64,000 bases of DNA from Microcoleus sp. (lineage in GTDB: Bacteria; Cyanobacteriota; Cyanobacteriia; Cyanobacteriales; Microcoleaceae). The DNA lies in NCBI GenBank assembly GCA_042408215.1, contig JAYFMW010000006.1, positions 64,001 to 128,000 on the forward strand, in the 5' to 3' direction. Shown here piece by piece: positions 62,765 to 64,000 of this stretch (positions within the stretch are counted from its first letter, which is position 1; every line of letters starts with the position of its first letter). The notes under the pieces were generated by a model that searched no databases, was not told the DNA's origin, and worked only from the letters and a program-made list of their open reading frames with translations. The position numbers were made by a program, and so were the translations under genes.

Positions 62765-64000
62765 ATGACCTACAATATCAGTACAAACACTATTTTAGAT
62801 AGCAAGCCATTAGAAAATGATGGAGAACTGCTCACGCCTCTAATGGTTTTTAGTCAAGAAGTGTTATTGCATGAAAAAGAGGCAGAGCATAAGAATCTGC
62901 GTGACCAGGCTGAGCATGGTCACGAGGTAGACGAGGGATTTGGGGTCGATGATATGGTTAAAAAAGTGGCTGAATGCTGTCAGAAAAGCCCTGTTGGAAA
63001 AAAATTACCGAGGGCTTTTTATGTTCACGTTTCGGCTTTAGCAGCACTCAATCCTGTACTCGGAATTTATGAAAAATGTGCCAGACAAAATATCGAAAAT
63101 ATTGAGGAAGCAACCCTAGTTAAGTTTCAGCTTCATCAACCGAAAATATCTTATCTTTTTTATCCCGATTTCGATACAGATGCTCACCCAGCTTTGCAAA
63201 GGAGCATCCAAATTAATCTGGAAACAGGGGAAATTAAATGTTTCGATTACAGCGAAAGCGAAAATCCGCCAGTTTTGCACCGCAAAGAAACTTTTGTGAA
63301 TGCAGATTATCCTCACTACCAGAAGTTTTCTAAACTGACTCGCTCCGAAGAAAAATGGGGACTACTTGACAATACTAGCGTTATTGGCACTCGTGAAGGT
63401 TGGCTCAAATACTTGAGATATTGCGGTGTAGAAATTCAAGATCATACTGTTGTTGAAATTTGCCAACAGGGAAATAGCGAGCTATCAATTCCCAAGATCG
63501 ATCGACACAAGGCTGCAATGCTGCGAAACTCTCTTTCTAAACCTTTGCGTTTGGTTTTAGAAGCTGATTTATTTGTTGACGGGGAGACTTTTTTTGATTA
63601 TGGTTGTGGCTACGGTGGGGATATTCAACATATTGCTGAAGAAGGTTATGCGGCTTCTGGATGGGACCCTTATTATCAACGAGATAGTCCGCAAATTCAG
63701 GCAGATATTGTGAATATTGGTTATGTGATTAATGTGATTGAATCTTTGGGGGAAAGGCGAGAAGCTTTGCTGAATGCTTGGGGATTGACTAAAAAATTAT
63801 TGGTGGTGGCGGCTCAGGTATTGATTGATGATACTGATCGAGGTCAAATTGCTTACGGGGATGGGGTGATTACTTCTCGCAATACTTTTCAGAAGTATTA
63901 CGAACAGGAAGAGTTGAAAATTTATATCGATCAAGTTTTGGATGTTGATGCAATTCCTGTGGCTTTGGGGATTTATTTTGTGTTTCGGGATGCAGCGGAG
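62765..64000 (+). CDS. DNA phosphorothioation-associated putative methyltransferase, running off the window end
   Basis: Manual translation of an open frame from ATG 62765: SYLFYPDFDTDAHPAL, NPPVLHRKETFV, IDRHKAA, FDYGCGYGGD, GWDPYY, NIGYVINVIE, GDGVITSRNTFQKYY. Confidence 0.85.
   Translation, partial: MTYNISTNTILDSKPLENDGELLTPLMVFSQEVLLHEKEAEHKNLRDQAEHGHEVDEGFGVDDMVKKVAECCQKSPVGKKLPRAFYVHVSALAALNPVLGIYEKCARQNIENIEEATLVKFQLHQPKISYLFYPDFDTDAHPALQRSIQINLETGEIKCFDYSESENPPVLHRKETFVNADYPHYQKFSKLTRSEEKWGLLDNTSVIGTREGWLKYLRYCGVEIQDHTVVEICQQGNSELSIPKIDRHKAAMLRNSLSKPLRLVLEADLFVDGETFFDYGCGYGGDIQHIAEEGYAASGWDPYYQRDSPQIQADIVNIGYVINVIESLGERREALLNAWGLTKKLLVVAAQVLIDDTDRGQIAYGDGVITSRNTFQKYYEQEELKIYIDQVLDVDAIPVALGIYFVFRDAAE

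Overview
Chromosomal window from a filamentous cyanobacterium, probably Oscillatoriales (Microcoleus/Kamptonema-like). The assignment rests on frequent HIP1 (GCGATCGC) sites, heptamer STRR tracts and GTAG...CTAC REP-like hairpins. Core genes include hemB, tsaC, prmC, tic22, tRNA-Pro, hrcA, metG, lptC, ffh and the purC-bamA-lpxC-fabZ-lpxA-lpxB-C5 methyltransferase string, plus several two-component and c-di-GMP genes. These are interleaved with many mobile DNA relics: one intact and several decayed tnpB elements, protein-less omegaRNA-like modules, an IS630, nested MITEs and tandem REP arrays. The most interesting items are: (1) a compact five-gene operon at 39.7-47.0 kb encoding a glycogen-binding-like/gluconate-2-dehydrogenase-subunit-3 fusion, a GMC flavo-oxidoreductase, two large cupins and a GH13 alpha-glucan enzyme, which may be an uncharacterised oxidative alpha-glucan pathway; (2) an ORF-less group II intron inside the right terminal inverted repeat of an IS630, with EBS1/EBS2 matching that repeat; (3) a STAND-ATPase locus with a shared 9-bp-periodic upstream motif; (4) a decayed TnpB-like gene that apparently lacks the third RuvC aspartate and the zinc finger. 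Single-base frameshifts in lpxC and bamA suggest indel errors in the assembly, so pseudogene calls based only on frameshifts are tentative. All family assignments come from motif recognition by eye; no database searches were run.
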